DNA of 64,000 nt, taken from Epithemia pelagica (taxonomy: Eukaryota > Protista > Bacillariophyta). The notes under the pieces were generated by a model. It made no database searches, was not told the origin of the DNA, and was given only the letters and a program-made list of their open reading frames with translations. The DNA lies in NCBI GenBank assembly GCA_946965045.2, contig OX337229.1, forward strand, positions 3,162,001-3,226,000, given 5' to 3'. Positions 41,317 through 51,277 of this stretch are shown in pieces (positions within the stretch are counted from its first letter, which is position 1; each line of letters begins with the position of its first letter). The translations under genes and the position numbers were made by a program.

Positions 41317-44082
41317 ATGGATAGTGAAACAACAGCCACGGCAACTGCAACAACTACCCCGCGTAAAAGCGGTTCCAGGAAGAGGAAGGTGAAGGAATCT
41401 TCGGAAAACGCAGATGGAGAATCCATTAACGCAGGTGCGGTTAGCAATCTCCCAAATGGCAATCCTCCGGATGGAAACACGTCTGTCGAGGATCATCCAA
41501 CAGCCACTGCAAAGTCAAGTAAAGAGGTGGAAGATCTGGTGTCCACCCACCCGCTTCTCAGGGATGAAACCAAGGGCATGAATCCCACACCGCTTTTGAC
41601 TGGTTATGCGCGAGGACGTCACACAGTACACGAAGGAGCCCTTTGTCTTCCGCGCGAAGCTCTCGAAATCATGTCCAAGGTACCGATTGACTCTTGTAAA
41701 AAATGGCTTCCTCCGTCCTCCAACAAATCAAATAGTAAACAATTGGCTCAAGAGAAGAAAGGTACTGTGGACGACGCCCATCGGATGGACTTGCCGCCGC
41801 TGGATTCGGTCAAGCGACCCTCTATGGATGTCGAGACACACAAGTCGGTTCTTGTGACCGAAATTTTTCTGAACCGCGTGTTGGTTCCCCAGGCCGATGG
41901 GACACAGGTGTACGAATACAAAACTGATATGCGCAAAACAGAATTACCAGTCAAAGCGGATATTCCACCCGAACGAATTCGTGGTGGAGGAGGAGGCGAG
42001 GCACCAGAAGGACAAGGCAGAAGCAATGTCCCGGTCATTAACACATTGGGGAATCCCTCATCGACCAACACTACGGGATCTGCTCGGTCGACTCAACAAC
42101 AACACCATGGACAAAATGAAATGCATGTTCAACAGCAACCATCTCAGCAACAGACACAGCAGCAACAACAACAACAACAACCTCCCGAATCTATGCACAA
42201 CATGGATGAACGTCAGCAGATCCAGCAGCATCAGTACCAACTCCAGCAAATTCACCAGCAACATGTACAAATGCGGCAGCAACAACTCCAACAACATCAG
42301 GAAGAACTGAGACGACAGCACGAACAAAGCGTCCAACAAATGAAAAATGATCCACAAATGTTGTTCCAGCAACAGCAGGAAGAACAACAACGCAAAATGC
42401 TTCAGCAACAACAACAGCAGCAGCAAGAGCAGCAAAGAAAAATCATGCAAGAGCAACAAAGAAAAATCATGCAACAGCAGCAGGAAGAACAACAACGTAA
42501 ACTAATGCAACAACAGCAAGAAGAACAACAGAGGAGAATGTTGCAACAGCAGAAAGAGGAGCAACAGCGCAAACTTATTCAACAACAAGAAGAACAGCTA
42601 CGCAAGCAGCAACAAGAACATAAAGCCCGTCAAGAGCAGTTACGTCAACAACAGCAACAACTTCAATTGCAACAGGAGCATCAACGAATCATGTCACAGC
42701 AGCAGCATCTAAAGCCACCTCCTACGAGTGTGGCAGCGGACTTCTCTGTACCTGCGCCTGTGGGTGCGTCCATGTCTGGAACAAGCAGTGTTGTAGCTAG
42801 AGACTCTTCCTCTGTTTCGGCACCTAGTGGCGTTGCGAGCGGTGAAGTTTCAAGCTCAGGTCAAGTTCATATGTTGCAACAGCATGTTGGAATGGTACAG
42901 CCAAGTGTCAAAAGTGGGGATGAAAAACAGATGATTTCTTCTGTTCATGCAGCTTCGGTGGCCTCTTCATCATCGTCCCATACACCCTCGTCTGCAGTAC
43001 CAGGCGCTTCATCAAAATCAACAACACAAGTGAAAAAGCAACCTCCCATTGTTGTCGGCCTGAAACAACAACCAGAAGCGCAGTGGGAGCAACACGTGCC
43101 AGGCCCAAATGATGAAATGGGAGTTGATCCAGCTACAAAGGCTCCAAAGCCCGACTGGTACAAAGCTGACAGTGTATGTCATCTAGAGCAAACTCTCTTA
43201 CCGGAGTGGTTCGATGAAAGTGCAGCACATCGAACTCCAAACAACTACAGGAAGGCAAGGGAAACCATGATTAAGATATCTGCAAAACTGGGCACCAGAT
43301 ATCTTACTGCAACAATGGCTCGCCGAAGTATTCCAGGTGATGCAGGGAGCCTTATCAGACTGCATGAGTTTCTTTGCTCACACGGGTTGATCAATGAAGA
43401 TTCCATAAACGACTCGGCGCCAACTCCTCATGCATTACAGACAAAGAAGTCGAATATTCAATGGCCACAAGCGCGCAAACGAGCATTGTTGCAAGCTGTC
43501 TTGGAACAATCTCGGAAACGACAAAAGGAAGGAGAAGAAGGGGTAGGATTCGTTCCAATCATTGATTGGGATTCTGTCGCAGACCAAGTAGGAGGAGGCG
43601 CAATACCAACCGAATGCGAAAATGAATTCTTGAGATTGAAAATCCCGGAAACTCCAAGAGAGGTATCTATCACTCCAGAAACAACGAGTGGCGAAACTGA
43701 GACTAAGGACAGTGAACGAATCAAAACAGAGTCGGACACCAGTGAAAGCAAGTTGACTGATTTACTCGATACCTGTGAGCCGAAGCTTGTTCATGCAGTG
43801 ACAGAGGCCGCTCTGGCAAATACAACAAATCTGGGTGAAGCACAAATCGCAGCGTTGGGTGGATTAGCTCTGAGTCAAAATATCAAGGAAGCCTTGTCAC
43901 AAGAGGGTGTCGTAGCCCGGCTCCTTTCAGAAGTTGTTGATCTGCGTATGAAGAAATTGGAGAATCGCATGACACTCATGGACGACATGGAGGGTTTGTT
44001 AGAAGCCGAACGCGTCGCTCTGGAGTTAGAGAGAAGAGATCTCTACACCACACGCTGTCGCCACTGGTTTGGAGGTTCCTAA
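41317..44082 (+). CDS. SWI3: SWI/SNF subunit SWI3/SMARCC-like (SWIRM, SANT-like, C-terminal coiled coil, polyQ)
   Basis: LPEWF..RTPNNY..YLTATMARRSIPGDAGSLIRLHEFL..GLIN and RMKKLENRM...LEAERVALELERRDL. Confidence 0.85.
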   Translation: MDSETTATATATTTPRKSGSRKRKVKESSENADGESINAGAVSNLPNGNPPDGNTSVEDHPTATAKSSKEVEDLVSTHPLLRDETKGMNPTPLLTGYARGRHTVHEGALCLPREALEIMSKVPIDSCKKWLPPSSNKSNSKQLAQEKKGTVDDAHRMDLPPLDSVKRPSMDVETHKSVLVTEIFLNRVLVPQADGTQVYEYKTDMRKTELPVKADIPPERIRGGGGGEAPEGQGRSNVPVINTLGNPSSTNTTGSARSTQQQHHGQNEMHVQQQPSQQQTQQQQQQQQPPESMHNMDERQQIQQHQYQLQQIHQQHVQMRQQQLQQHQEELRRQHEQSVQQMKNDPQMLFQQQQEEQQRKMLQQQQQQQQEQQRKIMQEQQRKIMQQQQEEQQRKLMQQQQEEQQRRMLQQQKEEQQRKLIQQQEEQLRKQQQEHKARQEQLRQQQQQLQLQQEHQRIMSQQQHLKPPPTSVAADFSVPAPVGASMSGTSSVVARDSSSVSAPSGVASGEVSSSGQVHMLQQHVGMVQPSVKSGDEKQMISSVHAASVASSSSSHTPSSAVPGASSKSTTQVKKQPPIVVGLKQQPEAQWEQHVPGPNDEMGVDPATKAPKPDWYKADSVCHLEQTLLPEWFDESAAHRTPNNYRKARETMIKISAKLGTRYLTATMARRSIPGDAGSLIRLHEFLCSHGLINEDSINDSAPTPHALQTKKSNIQWPQARKRALLQAVLEQSRKRQKEGEEGVGFVPIIDWDSVADQVGGGAIPTECENEFLRLKIPETPREVSITPETTSGETETKDSERIKTESDTSESKLTDLLDTCEPKLVHAVTEAALANTTNLGEAQIAALGGLALSQNIKEALSQEGVVARLLSEVVDLRMKKLENRMTLMDDMEGLLEAERVALELERRDLYTTRCRHWFGGS

Positions 44083-44189
44083 TCAATAGCCGGAATTTCG
44101 GTTTTGCCCGTTGGGATGTATATTAGGATATAAATGACCACAAACCTAAGAGTATTGATCTGGGCTGTCCGGCACTGAATTAAGTTGTA

Positions 44190-46172
44190 TCAACGTGGTC
44201 CTGGTGACAGAATCATCGTGTCAAAAGGCTGAAAGTGAGCTCTGTCCTTTAGCTCCTTAAGTGAATGACTTGGATCCAGAACGCGACGAAGAGCCACTTT
44301 TTCATCCTCCATCGACATCGCAGGAAGAACCAGATAGTCCCAATCCTGAACCGTAGTTGTCATGCCATTAACGCTCAGCGAACATGGGGAGTAGTAATCA
44401 CTAACAAGACGACTCAACTTGTCCGTAGTGGCCAGGAAATGATTTTTGACAGATTGGACAGAAAAGCCACCTGTTTTGTCATCAATCGTAACAACGACAG
44501 CTTGCAAGTAAAATCGGTCCAAAGTAGGGACGCGTTTGCTATCACCGATCGCTTTAGATTTGATCTGCATTTGGTACACTTTGGTTGCGGCGGCGCTGGT
44601 TTTAGATGATTTGGTTCTTCTCTTTGATGAACTACTCGTCCCCCCTTGCAAAGCTGATTGCACTGCCTGAACCAGTTGCGTATTGAACACAATTGAAGAT
44701 CGACTTGAAAGTTCCACAGAATCATCTTCGCTTTTGGATCCACATGGATCAGACGACAAAGTCCTCGATGTTTCAACAGTGTCAGAGGAAGGTGCTACCT
44801 GAAGATCTGTGTCCTCAATAGATGTGACATTTAGTGAAGACAACCCAGTATCAACGCCATCCTCATTACTGGAGATGGCTGGAGGGTCCTCTAAAGGTGA
44901 CGGATCAAGCTTACCAGCATCAGAATATTGCGAAGGCCCATGAGTCGTGGATGAAGGATCGTTAATGGAAGAATCTGGAGGGTCTTCCAAAACAACTGGA
45001 TCTAAATGAGAGAGGATTCGTTCGACCACTGGGGTCTGTTCGTGTTTCATTGGATCAAGAATACGAAGTATCACTTTGTTGTCATCAGTCGAAAGGTATC
45101 TATTTTCGATTGCTTCATACAAACGCATCAAAGATGGTAATTTGCCATATTCCTCGACGCCGTCAGAATCGCCATCATGACTAATACGAACGAGAAATTC
45201 AATAATGAATCCTTCAGGCACCTTGAAAGATTCTAGTACCCGTCCGATCGTATCTTGACGCGAATAAAAACGGTAATCCTCCCGAGCTTGATCCTGCTTT
45301 CCTTCGTGGACCTCATTTTCTTCTAAAACTATGAAATGAAGGTATACACGGTCTTGTACAGCAAGGTTCGCCCGACCAGTAGCCTTCGATTTCACTAGCA
45401 TACGGCGTACTTGAGCGGATACACTTGCATTCCTTCCACTAGCTGCTGACTTGGCGATCTGGTGATCGAGTTTGTTGAGGCATCGTTCCAACCTTCGCTT
45501 TCTGTTTGCATCGTGCTTTCTTCTCTGCTCATCCTTTTCATGCCTTGTCTTTTTTATGGACTCTGCAATTGCCTCTTGCTTCACATCGTCGCTTGCATCA
45601 AAGCGACTCTTCGCCGCTGAGATAATTTCTGAAGGCTTTTGTTGATTTTGTTGTTGTTGTTTCCCTGCTTCATTAGTTGGAGCTTCCAACGGAGTTCTCT
45701 GTCGTCGATTGAATTGAATATCTTCTTCAAGAGGAGACAACTTGGGTAATGTATTAGGAGGCAAAAGAGCCAGAGTGCCGGATGGAAACCAACCTGCAGC
45801 GTACAAGGTCTTACTCTTTGATCCTTTGATTGCGGAGAATGTGTGAAGCGGCCAATCAGTGATATCACGAGGGGGATGAAGCGTACAATCCCACAAACGC
45901 GCCCGTTTCTCTCCCCTCATTATCGCTCTGATGGAGAGGTCAGTTGAATACAATGACGGGTCCAACTCCTTCGCATCGCTCAGTGTCGTTTCGTCCATGG
46001 CCTCACGAATCGTTGTGTCAGAAGAGAACACTTTGGAAAAGCAAATAGTCTTCAATAGGATCTGGGGCATGCTCCCTGCTTTCGAAGCAGCATTGTGGGC
46101 TGGTTCGTTCGTTGTCGGTCTATCATTACAAAGGCTCGAATCCAGACGGAACCGAAGGCGGCACTCTCCCAT
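44190..46172 (-). CDS. Hypothetical protein with two ZFAND1/Cuz1-type ubiquitin-like modules (true start probably downstream of the ORF-track start)
   Basis: MLVKSKATG..LAVQDRVYL and MQIKSKAIG..VPTLDRFYL resemble the K..A.G...P..ER.Y motif of the ZFAND1 C-terminal UBL domain. Confidence 0.5.
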   Translation of the reverse strand: MGECRLRFRLDSSLCNDRPTTNEPAHNAASKAGSMPQILLKTICFSKVFSSDTTIREAMDETTLSDAKELDPSLYSTDLSIRAIMRGEKRARLWDCTLHPPRDITDWPLHTFSAIKGSKSKTLYAAGWFPSGTLALLPPNTLPKLSPLEEDIQFNRRQRTPLEAPTNEAGKQQQQNQQKPSEIISAAKSRFDASDDVKQEAIAESIKKTRHEKDEQRRKHDANRKRRLERCLNKLDHQIAKSAASGRNASVSAQVRRMLVKSKATGRANLAVQDRVYLHFIVLEENEVHEGKQDQAREDYRFYSRQDTIGRVLESFKVPEGFIIEFLVRISHDGDSDGVEEYGKLPSLMRLYEAIENRYLSTDDNKVILRILDPMKHEQTPVVERILSHLDPVVLEDPPDSSINDPSSTTHGPSQYSDAGKLDPSPLEDPPAISSNEDGVDTGLSSLNVTSIEDTDLQVAPSSDTVETSRTLSSDPCGSKSEDDSVELSSRSSIVFNTQLVQAVQSALQGGTSSSSKRRTKSSKTSAAATKVYQMQIKSKAIGDSKRVPTLDRFYLQAVVVTIDDKTGGFSVQSVKNHFLATTDKLSRLVSDYYSPCSLSVNGMTTTVQDWDYLVLPAMSMEDEKVALRRVLDPSHSLKELKDRAHFQPFDTMILSPGPR

Positions 46173-46477
46173 GGTTACCTAACTTATTTCTTGCCAAATT
46201 CCAAGTGGTGGAGGTTGGAGGTTGGAGTTGGGCTATGCCCTTTAGTCTAACATGGCTACCTCTCTCGTCACTCGTCCGCGATCCGCGACCGGTGATATCC
46301 GGAGACGCGCTTGGTAGTGGCATTTTCGTAGGAGTTGATAGTCATTTTCGAATCACGGCATTCAGCGAACCATAACCCATAACACCGAAACAAAGGTCAA
46401 CAACCATTTTCAAAGAACGTGGACAAGGAGAAGAAGGTTATTGAGTCTGTGTCGGCAGATTTACGAAAGAATCTAAA

Positions 46478-47973
46478 ATGATTTCGATGATAATGGTCTT
46501 GAATCAAAAGGGAGATATTATGATATCTCGGCAATACCGGTGAGATCAGCCGTAAAGTGCGGTGCATGGAGCTCTGTCTGTGGCGCTTCTTCTAACAGGG
46601 TTACGCTCTCTGTTTGCACGCAGTGATGACGTTGGACGAGCGTCGGCGGATTCATTTCGCTTGCAGGTGAGTTGTCTGGTTTTTGGAGTTCGGGTTTCAA
46701 CCGTCGAGTATCCAATGATTACTGGTGGTTAAATTAGGAGAGTTTTGTCTGTTGAGCCCTCTCACCGTAGCCTGAATTTTCCTTCTGTATGAAAATCAAG
46801 GTGGTAGCGGCAAAAGAGACAGGAACAGAGGCTCCGGTTAAGCGCATTGAAAATTGCTCGTTTTTGTACACTCGCCATTTGAACATGTATTTCGTGGCCA
46901 TGACCCGTTCCAACGTAAACCCTGCGTTGGTACTGGAATATCTTTTTCAACTTATCCGTATCTTGAAAGCCTATTTGGGGGAAGATTTTGATGAAACTGC
47001 AATGCGCAATAACATGACTCTCATCTATGAATTGATGGATGAAACCATGGATTTTGGTTATCCGCAGAACTGTGCGGTTGATGTTTTGCGATTGTACATC
47101 AATTTGGGCACTACTCGTCCTCAAGATGAGCCAGAGCCCAGTCAACTAACGAGTCAGATTACTGGAGCCATTGATTGGCGCCGTGAGGGGATTCGTCACA
47201 AGAAAAACGAAGTTTACATTGATGTGTTGGAATCCGTCAATCTGCTTTTGTCAACCACTGGGAGTGTTTTAAGGAACGAAGTTACTGGTGCTGTGCAGAT
47301 GAATACAAAGCTCACAGGTATGCCTGAATGTAAATTTGGATTGAATGACAAATTGGTGATCGATAAAGAAAAGGAAGACCGCAAGCCAGGGGTTGAGATC
47401 GACGACTGCACATTCCATCGTTGCGTTCGTTTGGGTAAATTCGATGCCGATCGAACCATCACCTTCATCCCTCCTGACGGAGAATTTGAACTCATGAGGT
47501 ATCGCGTGACCGACAATATCAATCTCCCCTTTCGGCTTATCCCTGCAGTTCAAGAAGAACCTAGCCTGACTAAAGTTTCCGTCAACTTGAAGGTTATTGC
47601 GAATTTCTCAGACCAGCTTTTCGCGACTCATGTTGTCATCAAAATCCCGGTGCCAAAGAATACCTCCAATGCGAAAATTAAGCATTCATTTGGTCGAGCC
47701 AAGTACGAACCCGAACAACAAGCCATCGTATGGCGCGTTAAGCGCTTCGCAGGCAAGGCCGAATGCATTATCAACGCAGAAGTAGATCTGATGCGAACAG
47801 TCCGCCCAAAACCATGGACCCGCCCTCCAATTATTGTGGAATTCCAGGTCCCCATGTTTACCGCCAGTGGAGTTCATGTACGGTTTTTACGCGTCTACGA
47901 TAAATCAGGATATCACACAAATCGATGGGTCCGCTACATCACGAAGGCTGGGTCCTACCAAGTGCGCTTCTAG
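46478..47973 (+). CDS. AP2M1: AP-2 adaptor complex mu subunit (5' introns between ~46540 and 46800)
   Basis: MISMIMVLNQKGDIMISRQYR, YELMDETMDFGYPQ, WRREGIRHKKNEVYIDV, GMPECKFGLND, FIPPDGEFELMRYR and WVRYIT. Confidence 0.9.
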
Positions 47974-48499
47974 ATTCGCGGTGAGATGTTGTTGAAACGC
48001 GACAGTGATCTATGGTGTTATTGATATTTTTCTCTCGTTTTTTTACCGTGCATCGCTGACACTCTCCCATATTTGTAAAACGTTATACGGTGTATTGTAA
48101 CCAGGCCCGTATCTTTTACAAGGTCTATGTGTTATAGCCTACAAAAGTATTTTGCCTTCTCCAGTTGGGTCCTTAATATTATCCTTAAACACAATCATGT
48201 TTTCTACTGTCAACAGAAGCTGAGAAACAAGCAATCGTATGTGCTTCTGTAATAGAAGTACCCCTTAGTAGTATTTCAGTTAAGCTTGGTTCATTGATTT
48301 TAAACAAGACCGCAGTAACACCAAACATACATGTCTGCCAAGGAACCAGGCCCTAAAACTAAAAAACCTTCAATATTGTTGCACGGCTATTACTGCTTTC
48401 AGACCATCACTTCAGCTGTACTTCACCACACCCTTATGTCACGCTTAACCTTGACAGGAAAGGAATTCAACCTATGGATCGACAAGCAATAGGGTGCTC

Positions 48500-48931
48500 T
48501 TAGTTGTTCTTCTTGTCAGAATCGTCACCGTCATCGGATGATTGCCCCTTTTTCTTACGAATAATTTTCTTTACTCGTCGAACTTTTGGCCACGAAACAA
48601 GAGGTTTGACTTTACTGCTGGTGAAGCCTCCGGTTTGAAATCCAATCACTATAGCCATGGCCAACGCCAACAAGAATGGAACCATGAAGTCTTGATCGAA
48701 TGATAGCTTCTTGTCGGGGTTGCGTCTTGTTTCCAGGTAGGCCATATATAGTCCCAGCACACCAATAGTCAACGGAAAAACAATAAAAATGAACAGTTTA
48801 CCCAGCGTAGTTAAACCCAACGGTGACGTCTCTTCAAGAGGTTCATTAGGTGATGCTAACGCAGTATCCTCCTCGGCGTGCCTTGCAAAATCATCACCTG
48901 CACTGTCGCTTGCTTTGGTCTTCGCTGCCAT
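48500..48931 (-). CDS. Small two-TM membrane protein of unknown function
   Basis: 143 aa from MAAKTK, with two hydrophobic helices and a basic C-terminus. Confidence 0.6.
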   Translation of the reverse strand: MAAKTKASDSAGDDFARHAEEDTALASPNEPLEETSPLGLTTLGKLFIFIVFPLTIGVLGLYMAYLETRRNPDKKLSFDQDFMVPFLLALAMAIVIGFQTGGFTSSKVKPLVSWPKVRRVKKIIRKKKGQSSDDGDDSDKKNN

Positions 48932-49576
48932 TTTCAAGTCTGTTCTGTAGACCGCGGCAAGATGAATGATCAGGAGACAGGAGACAGGAGACGGGATTCT
49001 TGTGTAATCGAATCTTGTAGATCTCTTCGCTTCGAAAAATCTCTCAGAACGACGTGAACGTGACGTGTCCGTGAACACTGAAAGACGGGACTTATCTCCT
49101 GGGCATTTTTTATTAGTTGGACAATCACTCCCTCGCGGAAATGAAGTTAGAGGGTTTAACTACACTTCACTCATATTAAACCCTAAATACCACCCCCGCT
49201 AGGAGGTGATACGACCACGACCATGCCTCCAACAATACGAGCTAACGTCTATAACCGTTTTTGCAGAACACGTGCCTCCAGCCCCTTTTTCTCACGCCAG
49301 CCTCAAGTTCAGTCCACCCGGCGCGAATATCTACAAAAAACCTCGACACCGAAATGACTAAAACTTCATTAGATAAAATATCTTAGTGACATCGTACCAC
49401 CACTCCAATTCTCCCCATTTTCTCCCAGTCTTGCAAACTCGGAAGCGTTGCTGCACCGAGTTGCCACCGAGTTGCCACCGAGATCAACCATGATCCATTG
49501 GCTGGATATAGACGAGACCAATGACTTCCTCCACGACAATCAAACCAAGAACCCGTAATCTTCACATTCATCAAGC

Positions 49577-51151
49577 ATGGCTTTCCGATACCCTCCTGAA
49601 ATCAACTCTCCTCCCGTCTATGTGGATAGCATCGACGACAATCTTCGCGTCGGTAGCTTTGTACACATCAAACTGAAGGGGCAATCTGATGGTACAACAA
49701 CAATCGCCCGAATCCATGCCCGTCTCGGACCAACAGGAATGAGGTTTGTTCTATACCCGCCGTTATTCCCTCACAACAAGCGACAACATCCCACTCACCC
49801 TATTTTACCGAAGCATCATCACCGCAAGATCCTCCTGAACATTGGCTCTCGCAACACCGAACTCTACGAATCAGAAGTTGATTACGATGTCCCCTATAAT
49901 GCAAGTGCCATTATCCTTCACCCCGCCTTTGTATTTTCTATCGAAGAGTTCAAAGAACCCAAGAACTCATGGGCTCATGGGCTTAAAAACGTATTTTTTG
50001 TACGTTTTCGATGCCCCCAGAAACAAAGCGGAATTCCTGAAGACTCTATTCACAGTCCTCTTTTGCCTCTCAAGTCATACGATCAGAAACTGTGTTTTCC
50101 CAATCAACACACTAAACGTGTTGTATTGGACGAGGCCATTCGTCCTCCACGTTGTTTTCATGAGTCTGCATTTGTAGGCCTGTTCATGATCCGGAAGAGC
50201 ATAACCAAAATTTTGAATAAAAGTAGTGGACAAGCCGAACTGCAAGAAGTTGTTGGAGCACAAATTGGCCTTGTACCCACCGAGACGTGGACCTACATAG
50301 TCCATATGTCTCGTTCTCAAGGCATCAAGGTCCACGTCACCAAAGGCAGTGCTTCGTACATGGACGTAGACCCTGATTTTACCCGTAAGAAAGTGAAAAT
50401 TCAGTACCCGACGACAATCATACGGTACCAAACGAATTCTGAGTTACAGTTTCTCCGAGAAATGCTTGGATTCTGTTCGACTTATGGCTCTACTGAAAAA
50501 AAGCCTACATTGTCCGACGGTGACCGTGGGTTGCCCCTCAAGCGTGAGCACAGGCTTACATTGGTCAATGGATCGGGCAATGAAAATAACGACCCCGACG
50601 CCCCTTTCAAGATCAGGACCCGACAGCAACGAGTGGATCTTTGCTGGTCTAACTTTCACTTTCGTGTGATTGTGGGATACCAGCAATACCACTATTCTGT
50701 TAACAGGGATGGGGAGTTGACAAATGAGCCTCCCACAGAACACTTAGCTTCAGTTCTTGGTGCTGAACCGAAAGACAAACACGTTCTCCGTTGTGACAAA
50801 TCCAAGAACCAATCTCCCAAACAAGCAAAACAAGCTGGACTCCTCAAGGATCCATCTCAAGGCGACAGCCCCGACACCTTCAACAAGATACTCCAAGCGT
50901 CTGATTCTGACTGCAGCTCTGCTGAAAGCAACCCCAATGATCTCCCAAATATTCATATTGGTGACCAATTCACGGACGATGACAACGTTTATGAGGTCCT
51001 CTCTGTCCAAGTCAAAGCAAAGGAACCATTCGCTCTTGTACGTGTGGTTGGTGGTGACCTTTTCGATCATTCTCTGCCATTGGACAAACAGTACGTCCGT
51101 AAATGGGATGACCTGGATGAAGTTATGATGCTTATCGAGGATTTCAACTAG
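49577..51151 (+). CDS. Element-associated 524-aa protein with BAH-like N-terminal region
   Basis: LRVGSFVHIK..TIARI..TELYES..PAFVFSIEEF..NVFFVRF follows a BAH-like pattern (inference). Confidence 0.5.
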   Translation: MAFRYPPEINSPPVYVDSIDDNLRVGSFVHIKLKGQSDGTTTIARIHARLGPTGMRFVLYPPLFPHNKRQHPTHPILPKHHHRKILLNIGSRNTELYESEVDYDVPYNASAIILHPAFVFSIEEFKEPKNSWAHGLKNVFFVRFRCPQKQSGIPEDSIHSPLLPLKSYDQKLCFPNQHTKRVVLDEAIRPPRCFHESAFVGLFMIRKSITKILNKSSGQAELQEVVGAQIGLVPTETWTYIVHMSRSQGIKVHVTKGSASYMDVDPDFTRKKVKIQYPTTIIRYQTNSELQFLREMLGFCSTYGSTEKKPTLSDGDRGLPLKREHRLTLVNGSGNENNDPDAPFKIRTRQQRVDLCWSNFHFRVIVGYQQYHYSVNRDGELTNEPPTEHLASVLGAEPKDKHVLRCDKSKNQSPKQAKQAGLLKDPSQGDSPDTFNKILQASDSDCSSAESNPNDLPNIHIGDQFTDDDNVYEVLSVQVKAKEPFALVRVVGGDLFDHSLPLDKQYVRKWDDLDEVMMLIEDFN

Positions 51152-51277
51152 TAATATGATCCAATCACGAGGATTCTTTACTTGTAACCAACTGTTCTTC
51201 CATCAGCATGATTCTTCTACGACTATCAGATTTTGCTGTGTTGTGCAAACGATGTACTAGCAATATTAGTCCTAGTC

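Noticed and set aside
49577-51151. RAG2 homology of the partner ORF
   Set aside because: No kelch repeats or PHD Cys/His pattern are visible; only the gene arrangement is similar.
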